64,000 bases of DNA from Lingula anatina (Eukaryota > Animalia > Brachiopoda): contig CM120640.1 of the NCBI GenBank assembly GCA_051362555.1, positions 61,482,788 to 61,546,787 on the forward strand. Direction: 5' to 3'. Made by a program: the position numbers and the translations under genes. Under the pieces are notes generated by a model that searched no databases, was not told the DNA's origin, and saw only the letters and a program-made list of their open reading frames with translations. This document shows, piece by piece, positions 37,820 to 48,550 of the stretch (position 1 is the first letter of the stretch; every line of letters starts with the position of its first letter).

Positions 37820-38243
37820 TTTTTTATGTACAGACACAGATGTGTCTGTACATATTGCCATCACCTGCATCTGTCGTCGCCGATGGCGATGCCGATGCCG
37901 ATGCCGGCGCCGTGCACTTTCCTTGTAAACACGATAAGTGAAGGCAGTTTTACTTTTTGGCTTTATATTTACAGGGCTGATGAATATTCATAAAACGCAG
38001 GTCAAGTTCGAAAATCAGCATGATCGGGCCATTATTGTAGAAGTTATGCTGTTTTTTCACTTTTCAGCATATTTTTCACATTTCCTCAGATTCAATTCTT
38101 AGGCATGTTAACAGTCTCATTATTAAACTAATAAGATACGTAAAAGTTTTTGTTTGACATTTCCTGCATCTTAACAACATTGTTAGTTGATTTTGTAAAA
38201 ATGATGGTAAACTTGTTATCGTGCATTGTGTAATAAAGTTTCA
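37820..38243 (+). mobile_element. 3'-truncated HINE copy
   Basis: The 5' hairpin, microsatellite and first repeat unit are nearly identical to 3339-3590. The copy stops abruptly at about 38243. Confidence 0.8.
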
Positions 38244-40880
38244 CTGTATCCATCGATGGTATCCTTTATTTTGGCAGAACGCTATGTCGCAGGCTTCATC
38301 CTCTGATTTTCTTCCACTCTTTCTAATTTTCTGTCTAACATATTCCCTAAACCACTCGCAGTGTGCATTGTCAATACTGTTCAGTCCAGCTCCTCTAAGG
38401 ATAGCTTATGCATTCTGTAAATAAGAGTGAAAAAGGTGTAAGACAGTTAAAAATTCCTTTATACCTGAAAAAGGTTTTTCAAAGCTTGGAGCTTCTGTTA
38501 ATTTAACCAGTAATTAAGTAAATAAAGCTACTATTTCGAGGGATACATTAAAAAAAATTATTATTTTCTGATAACTTGGTAAATGCTACCAAATGTAAAG
38601 ACTAAATAGGTGACAGAAAAATCAAACTAGTCATCTACAATAAATGTAAAGGAAAGGTTTGTTTAATTTTATCTCTTATGCTATAACAAGACAAGATATT
38701 TTCAATCTTTGTTTTGTGAGGGATGCTATGTCTATACATAAGAGAAGTATATTACAAAATAAGCATCTGTACTTTTACGACTAAGGTTCAAGTGCAAATG
38801 CTATTGAACCACTTTGAAACATTATGAACAGCTTCATATTGTGGAGGTAACCAGACGCAACAATTTAAAGTTTGAATGTTACCAACATTTGTGCAGATGC
38901 TCTAATAAACCTTTGACATGACATACGTATTGATTATTGATACATTTAATCAATTTACTCTATGTAGCACACTGGTGAAGATCAATGCATTGAATAAACA
39001 ATGACTGAAAACTTGAATGATCCCTTGGAATCCCCATCCCTAATACAGTATATTCCTTTCTGAGAGAGAAAACAAATTTCTGCTAACTTCAAAGCAATAG
39101 ATACTGTACCTATGAGATCCATCCCAACTAATTCCAGAGGCTCACTGACTGATATGGGCTTAGGCTCTGAGTCTTTATCTTACTTTGTCTTTGGCATGCA
39201 TCACACGCTTCAATCTGCAGCAGCAAGATAAATTTTTCTGACATATATCAATTGTGATCCTTCCTATTATTTTGCAAAAATAATAAAAATGCAAGTATAC
39301 TCCTAAACTACTACAAATTAGTTACTGATGCTACATAGGCACTATCTGAATAGTTTACAAACACACTGTCTGTAGAGTGAACATAATAAGAAAATGAGAG
39401 AACAGTTTCATTAACTCTGTATGTATAAATTATTGTTTTTTTTTTTTATCAAGAGCTTATAAAATATGTTGGTATTACCTCCAATATTTCTGTGACTGTC
39501 AGTCACCATCATCAGGGAGGAAAAATATAAGAAAACTCTTTAAAGCAAAAAGCAAATGTTTGAATTTCTATGAGCGCATTCTCAACGAATTAAGCCAGGC
39601 TTTACAAAGCCGGTGACCTAAAAATCTTTACAAAGCCGGTGACCTAAAAATGGCGGACGTACATGAAAGAAAAACCGCCTAATCTTTTAATAGTCTCTCC
39701 GCCTCTCACACGCCTCCCCACACGTCGTCCCTGCCGGGTACAGTAATTAAATCTCGGCTCCGAACATTAATATTTCCGTGAATATCTCTGGTGATATTAT
39801 CTCCATAGATAGTCGATTCATTGCTGCTCTACAGGTCAAATTATTCCTTTTTCGTCTCTGTTTTCAAAGATAATAGAACAGAAGAGCTTTTTTCCTTCGA
39901 TCGCCTTCAGCCGCCATGCTTTCTTCACCACGAGTTTAACTGATGAGCATGCGCACTTAATATTTCTCAGGTAGCTTCCGCATGGCAAACGGAGACACGA
40001 TTTAATTACTGTACCCCGCAGGGACGACGTGTGGGGAGGCGGAGAGGCTATTAAAAGATTAGGCGGTTTTTCTTTCATGTACGTCCGCCATTTTTAGGTC
40101 ACCGGCTTTGTAAAGCCTGGCTTACTTCGTTGAGAATGCGCTCTTTGTGTATTATGTAAAATAAGTTCATATGGCTTATTCTGATCAGAATAGTATCTGA
40201 TAATACATACATATTAAGAAATGTACCTGAAGATCTTTATATAGAAGAGCTTAAAACAAAGTGTACCTGTTTTGCTTAGACATACTTACATATTCTTTAA
40301 CAACCTGTGTCATCTTGTACCAGACATATCTTTAATTTCCTCTACATCCAAAATAACACTTTGTCTGATGCCTGGTTTGTCACCTTTGCCAACATAATAA
40401 AGGTCTCCTGAAGAGAAAAAAAGTTACTTATATGCATTCCCGTACGTCAATTACACATGGAATTTACAAAGTATATTCATTTTATACTACAAAATATAAA
40501 GAATCCTGCAAAGGGATAGAAGCCATTCAACCATCTATCTTGGATAATAATGGTTTACCAGCCAGAGTGATATCTAGATATTGTGTCACACATGATGATG
40601 CACTGTAAGGGTGAGGTAAGGAGCATATCATGAATCAGAATTGACTTAGATGGAAAATATGATTTCTTTGCCAGACATCTGGACTCATTTTAAAAACCAA
40701 TCAGATATGCCAAACTACAACTACTGACCTTCATCATCTAAAACATGAGTCTGTGCTCTTTCTCTTATTTTCCTTAATTCTTTAGGGTCTTCCAAAAAGT
40801 CTCTCAGTCTCCCGTACTGTATGTACCGCTTCACTTCCCTCATAAATGTAATGAAGTCGTCATTTTTTGTAGCCACGCTG
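38244..40880 (-). pseudogene. Decayed intron-containing Ginger-type (GIN1-like) transposase with a C-terminal PHD-like finger; exons about 40877-40730, 40407-40287, 39227-39110, 38415-38244
   Basis: REVKRYIQYG...ELRKIRERAQTHVLDDEG|DLYYVGK...YVWYKMTQVVKEY|IEACDACQRQSK...PISVSEPLELVGMDLIG| and ACDIAFCQNKGYHRWIQ. GT-AG flanks, with stops and deletions. Confidence 0.7.
39572..40143. mobile_element. MITE with long TIRs (GAG...CTC ends) in a Ginger intron
   Basis: GAGCGCATTCTCAACGAA...TTCGTTGAGAATGCGCTC with arms of about 160-190 bp and a 26-bp tandem duplication in the left arm. No clear TSD, so the superfamily is not assigned. Confidence 0.75.
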
Positions 40881-43119
40881 GAAAATATATAAAGTCATAA
40901 AGTTATATTTCAATTTACAACCATAACAAAGAAGTTGCTACATAAACATGCACAGTCTGAGGAACATCAAAATAAATACTGCACCCTGAAGACATTTTCC
41001 CTCTCTGAAAGCTGCTGGGCAATATGAGGAGGAGTTTTTTCTTCCTTTTTAAAGCCATCATGCTTAAAGTGTCAGTCATCTTGATTAGGCTGGTTAAAAA
41101 GTAAGTGAAAGTTATCAGATAATAATGCTGCAATAAGACATTTTAAGAACAATAAACTGTAACTGGTGATGTTATCTCCTGATAAGATCTAAGCTTATGC
41201 TGCACCTGAGAGTTGTCATTTCATTGTTCTCATAATGTCAGACCAAAACTGACAGGTGACTAGCTCTGAGCTTAAGCCAAAATGACATTTTAACTGAGTC
41301 AGTGACACAAACATATGTACCTTAAATCAAGTCAACTCTTCAAGATATTCAAACTGAAAACAGTCCATATGTGATAAAAAACTCACTTGATTTCGGACAT
41401 ACAGATGGTTAAGACCATATAATCAAGTTAAAAAATCTAACAGGTGACCTACTTTATTATCCTTGTTTCAGTGCTTTAGAAAAAGAATAAGCTGAATAAA
41501 AATTTAATTTTTTAACTTCATGATTATCTTGGTAAGGACCATAGATACAAGCCTGCAAGCTGAAAGGTAATTAGGAAATTACCTAATAACAAAGTTGGAG
41601 ACAAACCCTTCTTCCTATTAAGAGACTAATTTCTGTTTGACTTTCTTTACAAGGAAACCAACAACTCTCCATACACGTACATATATTTTGTTCTAACTAC
41701 ATAGTTAAATTTGGAATATGTCTGATTATATGATTAACTTAAAGAAGGTATATATATATAATTTTTATCAGAGATTTGGCAATTTTTAATGAAATATTAG
41801 GTACATATATGTTTGTTCCTTATTACGAGCCCAAAAAGTGAATTTTATCTACAAGAGCAAAATTCATCTTTCTTTCACATGTGTTGAAATAATGATTCCA
41901 GGGCTCTGCATTTACAGCTTGTTATTAGAGTTCTTCTCACCTTCTAAGTCAAACAACATAGATCTTAGTTGATGAATTACTAAAGACAATTGAAGAAATA
42001 AGCATATGTTGAATACTCCTTCCCACAGACCGATTCAGTTAACAATGGCTATGAAAAAACCTAGGCTGTGCACTGTAGTAAAAATCAAATTAAAACATAT
42101 TAGTTAAACAATCAAATGTCTATTATAGTGTGCAACATTGTATATTCAGCAACGAAATTCCAAACATTTCAGATAGAGAGGACTTGCCTAAGTAATTATA
42201 ACTTAAAATCAATAATAGACATACAGAATTGTCATTCACCAAATTTACAGGCAAATCTCAGCATCAGTGTGCAGAAAATGTTTATTTCTACTGCAACTGT
42301 GTGTATATTTACTGAATATCTGTCCAGGTAATTCAAGTGATTTTGTTAATACACTGAAGAGTGTAGACACATTTCTTCACATTTTTGATTTTGTCATTAT
42401 GAAATTGGTGGGCACCACTCTGAGTAGTACATTATACTTACTAGTAGTAGTAACTCTACCTGCTGTGTAAGGTTACAAATTGACATCAACAAGTAAAACG
42501 TACGTTAGACTTACTTGCCAACTGGTAGATGATTTTTCCCCTTTTTTCTACTTTGTTCTTTTGAAGTAGACCAAAAAATTGCCGATATATCAGCCTTCCT
42601 CAGTCCCTCCACTTTTAGTGATTTCCTCCTACATGCTGTGTTTTTCAGAAGTAAATGGCTCTTAAAAGTAAACAAACATCTTACTCCATGTTTCTTATCA
42701 TCTGTTACATACTTCTACTTATCAAATCTTATATAAATCGAGCATAATGTATTGATAAATCGATAGAGACAGACTGTACACGCCGAAGTCTCTCAGATTT
42801 GCCTGCGCTTTGTGCGCATGTGCAGAACGGATGGTTCACGCTCCGAGCCCTACACGCCACACCGGGGTCGCCATGGCCTGTGTTATCTCCACAGCCCTTC
42901 AGAAAGACAGTTTTTGCTCCTACAAAAATCTCATTTTATGTGGCCTCCAAACTCAGGCCACGTAAAGTTTTCTCTCAATGCTTCCGACATGTTTTCTCTA
43001 AATTTTTAGTGTTTGGCAAGTTTTTGTATCTCAGCGGTGTATTCCCTGACAGTCACTCTCTGGTCCCTCTTGAAGAACCGGAACCTTTCAGAGATCACAA
43101 CCAGTTTTGGATTCAAATT

Positions 43120-43310
43120 GTCCCTTAACTTTGCAGTAAACATGTCATATGTTTACTCCGACGCCTTTGCAGGGGTCACCGATTCACGGCACAACTGGTA
43201 CATGTACGTCGTAGCACTGATGATGCTAAGCAATGCTGCTACTTTCTTCTCATCACCTAAGTGTATTTACAATAAATATGCCCACACTGTTTCATGCATT
43301 TGTTGGAACT
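43120..43310 (-). pseudogene. Ty3/Gypsy gag fragment
   Basis: GDEKKVAALLSIISATTY...VTPAKASE*TYD matches the common metazoan Gypsy gag N-terminal pattern. Confidence 0.6.
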
Positions 43311-43389
43311 GACTTTATTGACCTTATTACGTGTTATATAACAGTGTTAAGCACCACACAATCTAGTTCTTTAGGTGTACTGTAAGTAC

Positions 43390-43860
43390 ATAAATAACAG
43401 TCATGAAGCAGGAAACCTCTGTCTGCTAGGATCTGATCATAAGGCATGTGGTATTTACTCTCCATAAAAGCAGAATTACACACAATCATTACATGCTCTA
43501 CCACCCCAAATTTTAGAGAAAAAAAGTTGATATGGTCATGGTGGTTACAAGAAATAAAAAATATAATTTTGTAGCTGCCATAAGTTTGTGCACAGGCTGT
43601 GATTCTATGAATATTTTGCAACAATCCACAATTGAAGTTGATTAGGGGAATTAATCCTAAAATACCTCTGGTAATGTTCTAAATACACTTTCTCTGCCTG
43701 ATGGTACAACTGTGAAACTTCATTTGGAATACAGTGTGTCAATCCATTTCCAAAAAATGTCAATCAGGGTGGTCTTGGGTTACCCCTTGATGTGTGCCAA
43801 AAATTCAAATGTGAGGTTATAACTTATTTCAGTAACATCATCCATAACTGTTCCTTCAAA
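43390..43860 (-). pseudogene. PIF/Harbinger-ISL2EU (HARBI1-like) transposase fragments
   Basis: HTH segment NLTFEFLAHIKG*PKTTLIDIFWKWIDTLYSK, plus AQTYGSYK and DQILADRGFLL. Confidence 0.7.
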
Positions 43861-44345
43861 GGTAGGCTACATTGCTTCACCAGTAGTAAGAATGCACTCA
43901 TTGCTATCGCAGGACACGTAAACACACCAAAAAGTCCTGTTATCATCATTGCCCTCAACATATGAGGTACAGTAGCATACTATTAAGTAATACCATTATG
44001 ATGAATGAATATCACCAATTGGTTTTCACAAGTAATATTGTCCACTGTATGTTTGATTTGAACATTCAAAGTTCACCATTTTAACATGTAAAGTAACCCA
44101 ACAAACCGATTGTTTACCCTACTCATTTGTGGGAGACTTGTTCTGGGTAAAGCAGCTTACTGACTGTAAGAATGGCTGGCAATGGGGAATTAGTGTTAGA
44201 TTGCTGGCAAACTCTTTTAGTGCAGATTTATACATTACAACAGAGCTCTTTTCTTTTGCTAGTATGACATCCAATGACTTGGAAGGATCTTTCTGCGTAG
44301 TACTCTGAAATTTGCCTAACACCAAGGCATTGCACATCCCCCAAG

Positions 44346-45110
44346 TCAGGACCTATCCCAGGTAGTGTTGTTGTGCGCGTAAGATGAAGCATCCACCTGG
44401 AGATTAAGCGATTTGCATAATTTTGTTAAATGCATCAGTGTGTTCAGGATTCTATTGAAAGACTGTATCTTTCTTGCATAGGTCATGAAGGCTGACTGTG
44501 AACTGAGACTACCAGTATGTGGAATGTATCTGCTGAGAATGTTGGCCAAGCCAAAGAATGTTTGAAGTTCAAATACATTTTGTGGTTCAGTCATCATATT
44601 AATAGCCTCTATTTTCACTGGATCTGATTTTAAACTTGTCCTTTTTTATGTGACTGAACATTGAAATTTCTTCCTTTTAAAGTATCATTTTGTCCTGAGG
44701 AAATGTATTCCTTTTTTCTGGCTCTATCCAATACTGTTTCATCAATACGGGTTTCATCATGAGTGGATCCATCCTCCTACTAAAATGAGATCATCGGCCA
44801 TCCCAGTACATCCTTTAATGTCATTGAAAACTTCTTTAATTTTAGCTCGGAAGACACCTTGTGATAATGAAAAACCAGGGTAGTCAAGGGTAGTCTATTT
44901 TATTTATATCTTTTAAAGGGTGTGTTGAATGTGGTTAGGAGAGAGCTCTCTTCATCTAGCATTACATTCCAATAGCCACTTCTAAGGTCTAGTATGCTGC
45001 AGTAATGCATTTGAGGTAAGATGTCATCAAGTGTAGGTGTGTATTGGTGAGGATGTTTTATGGTTGTATTCAAATTCTTTGGGTCAAGGCAGAGACATTT
45101 TGCCATTAGG
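44346..45110 (-). pseudogene. Ty3/Gypsy reverse transcriptase-RNase H fragment
   Basis: LCLDPKNLN...TPTLDDIL...SILDLRSGYWNV.LDEESSLLTTFNTPF, a MADDL motif near 44790, KIEAI...FFGLANILSRYIP and LQVDASSY. Confidence 0.85.
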
Positions 45111-46823
45111 TTTGTCTAATGAATCTAGCCTGTTAAAAAGTGCAGAAAACAGACATAAAAGGAACTTCCTCGCGGCGACCAAAGATTAGACCTGTCAATA
45201 CTGCCATCACTATTTATTCTTGCTCTGTTTATCGCTGCCAGCCATTCCTCCCTTCTAAACTTCTCATTAAGTGTTACGAAGAACTTGATCTCACTCCCTT
45301 TGTATTTTCTCGCATAACAGCCAGTGACACAGCAAGGTTTTTGGAATTTTTATGTGTTACCTACTCCACGTCTAATACATGAACTGAACAAGTTTGCTAA
45401 GGAGTTTGCCCCCACACCTGGGTGTCACTTGGGCTCCAACTGCAAGAATCCCGGGCACTGTTATCACTATCAGCCTCTTCTTCAGAGTCATCATCTGCAC
45501 GTGTGGCTGGTCTGGGGTGGTCTGCTTTGTCTCCTGCCTCGATTTCTTGTCACGTTTGCGGTTTGAAGAAACCTTATAAGCTTTCATTGGTCAGTGGTCG
45601 TAGTTTCTTCTTTGGAGGCATTATTATTCTAGTACCAAAAATGCTCGAAACCTTCACAAGTCCTTCTTTGCAGAACTTTGGAGGGTTGGGTGAATGTCAT
45701 GGGCTATTACGTGCTATATCGTGAAGGCTAATTTTAGAAATCGTATATAGACACGCCTCGGTTTTGAGAAGGAAGACAGTTTTATCATAGTTGTAGCTAA
45801 ATATAATTATTTTATTAGTTTAACTCCAGGAAAATTCATTTTTTTGACCAAAACAAAGAGTTATTATCCCTTTAATACACAAAGTATGAATTAAAAATAC
45901 ATGTAGTGAAATATGATAATATGATAATTATGTATGGCAAGTAATTTACAAGTTTAAGATAAGATTTTAAGTTACAGCAAAGAGGGAAAAAGGATAAATT
46001 ATATTATCATAAAAAAAACTTTTCTAGATATATTTGGTTAACATAGCTTATCTCTTCTGCATGTAAGTCTTACATGTACACTGTTTGAATTTTGAGTGCT
46101 TCGTCATACTGAATATCAGGATATACTATTTTGCATACTCATTGCAGAACTGTTTTAATTTTCATATATGATAATTATAAAACACAAACTGAAATTTTTT
46201 CATACCATTAGCTTATTTTTCCTCTTTGTTTTAATTTTGTCTTTTTGTTATATTGTGAGACCCTGGTGCCAAACTTTGCAGGCACATTCCAATGGAGATA
46301 TGACATGTAGAAGGGTATATGAGTTCTGTAGATAAAATCCCTGCTCTTTTCAATAAAGATATTGTAGTGTCTGTCTTGCTTTTTTAACATGTATAGGGCA
46401 TTTGGAAACAAAATCTGAAATGTACCCACAAGTGAATTGGTTGTCTTGCAAATACATTTACCAAAAAACACTAAGCTCAAAATGAGTGTTAACTTTTTTA
46501 AAATTTTTTAATGTAGGGCTACATAGAAGACTATATGTTAAGCCCTGCAAATGCTGCTATAATTTCCTGAACGATTGGTGAAATGTATTTAGAATGTGTG
46601 CTATTTTCAACCAAACAGGTTATCGATTTTCGCTAATCTAAATCTCAGATGGAAGATTTTAAGGCTTAGTTTGTCAAAGTATTAGTGTGATACTTATTAT
46701 CCGTTTCTACAATAATGTGGTGAGCAGTTATGTATCCTGTAATTCCATTCTGATGATAACATGTCAAGAGCAATGTTGACAATCATACATCTGTCAATGC
46801 CATATAAATAGATCCTGAAGTTT

Positions 46824-47051
46824 AGAGTGCATTCCCATAGATTTTTAGATCGATCTATCCCCGTGGGGAGTCTCACTAGATTGTTGTCAGCCTGACCGAC
46901 TTAAATGTCTGCCCTGCCTACTAAAAGCTGTAAGGGGGTAATTAACTTTTGTGCGTGCTTGGCGCTCGGAACCTGACAGCAATTAAGCGTGAACCTCTAA
47001 GAAGTTAGGTCGATCCGGAAAGATTGATCTAAATCTATGGGAACCCAGTCT
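46824..47051. mobile_element. Small MITE-like inverted-repeat element
   Basis: TTCCCATAGATTT..AGATCGATCT near 46832 is mirrored by AGATTGATCTAAATCTATGGGAA at about 47021-47043. Confidence 0.55.
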
Positions 47052-47320
47052 TATTTAGAGTGCTGCTACCATTGACACCTCTATACAGCAAGCCTTGTAC
47101 TGGTTGTATGTAAATGCAATATATAAGCAAAAATGAAACACCAAATAATAGAAAATAAAATAACCTGACATCAGCTTTGTTGTTGATTTTGTTTTATTTC
47201 CTTTTTAAATTTGTTCATGCTTTATGTGTGGTGAATGTAAGAATTAAAACTTCATTCTTTTTGGCAGACTTTGCATGCATACATGTGTTTGTACCAAAAT
47301 TAAAAGGTAAATAAGGACTT

Positions 47321-48550
47321 TCACATATGTGTTACACATATTTCATCTGTTATTACACAGTTAACAAATGTGGGGTTTGCTGATGGTGTTTGAAGTATTT
47401 TAGCTTGACATTCCTCTCCTTTTCTCATATTGTCCAAGCTTACTAAGTTGAGCCGTGAATCTAGTTTTGGCATCTTCAGATGATTGTTTTTGTTTATAAC
47501 ATTATGTGTACTTGTCTCCTTTTGTCCAAAATGGAAGAAAGCACAAAAATCTTGGCGAAAGTGTTTTCCCAATACACAATATATAATGAAGTTGCATGAT
47601 GAGTTTACAATTAAAAAAAGATTACTGAAAACAGAATACCTTTGAGAATAACTTGCATTAGTTACAAACATTATTTGGAGCACAAGGTCAGGTCCAATAC
47701 AGAGTATAAATGACAATATTACTGCAATGACAATAATGCTGATACTGCCATCCTCTCTATGTGATCTCATATTTGATGATAGTACCATGCATGTTCTGTT
47801 TCTTGAAGCTTGATGCACCTCTCGAATCAGCTGAATATTGCACACAATTAGTATAACAAGAGGCAGTATGTACATTGTTAAGAAATATAAACAGCATGCA
47901 TACATAAATCTGTATGTTGTATTTGTGAAAAGACTGGCTTGATACCTCAAGTAATGAACCTCGCAGTGCAATGGTAACTTCAAAACTCGATATTCAAAGA
48001 ATCTTGGGATGTTATAGAGGACTGCAAGAAGGAATATCACGACTGTCATCTTGCGAGCACGCTTGGCAGAACAATGGATTATGGCCTTTATGGGATGATG
48101 AACTGCTAAGTAGCGGTCAACAGTTATGTAAGTGACCATCCATGTACTGCAGGTCTGGCTGATGTACCACCATGGAAGAACATGAACCTGAACCAATGGA
48201 AAATTATTCCAATATGTGGTCATATACCCAGTATAAGGGTACACTGAACGCAGGCTATGGTAAAATATGCTCCCCAGGATGAAGAAAGAATCAAAGAAAG
48301 CCAGGCCCTGGAGTAAAACTGCAGTGGATGTTAACTTGCCATTGGTTTTTTGCAGTACTAAGAATGATACCAAGTTCCCAATCAACCCAAATAAACTGAG
48401 GCAGCCAACAAGCACTGTATCAATGTAAAAGTCGAGGGCAGGATTGGAAGATGTTAGGTTTATACAGCCTGCTTCTTCACTCCCATTGACAGCATGCACC
48501 CAAGACTCTGTGGTAATGTGTTCCTCTGTCACCAAAGACAAGTGTTGCAT
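47321..48550 (-). CDS. Rhodopsin-class neuropeptide GPCR, FMRFamide/sex-peptide receptor-like, single coding exon, 409 aa
   Basis: Seven hydrophobic segments. GLIGNLVS (TM1), LAFFD (TM2), TVDRYLAVHHP (DRY), YNIPRFFEY (family signature) and NSSCNFIIYC (NPxxY variant). Confidence 0.9.
   Translation of the reverse strand: MQHLSLVTEEHITTESWVHAVNGSEEAGCINLTSSNPALDFYIDTVLVGCLSLFGLIGNLVSFLVLQKTNGKLTSTAVLLQGLAFFDSFFILGSIFYHSLRSVYPYTGYMTTYWNNFPLVQVHVLPWWYISQTCSTWMVTYITVDRYLAVHHPIKAIIHCSAKRARKMTVVIFLLAVLYNIPRFFEYRVLKLPLHCEVHYLRYQASLFTNTTYRFMYACCLYFLTMYILPLVILIVCNIQLIREVHQASRNRTCMVLSSNMRSHREDGSISIIVIAVILSFILCIGPDLVLQIMFVTNASYSQRYSVFSNLFLIVNSSCNFIIYCVLGKHFRQDFCAFFHFGQKETSTHNVINKNNHLKMPKLDSRLNLVSLDNMRKGEECQAKILQTPSANPTFVNCVITDEICVTHM

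Noticed and set aside
42881-43099. Short TGTKATCTC inverted repeat as a MITE
   Set aside because: The match is only about 9 bp and imperfect, with no TSD.
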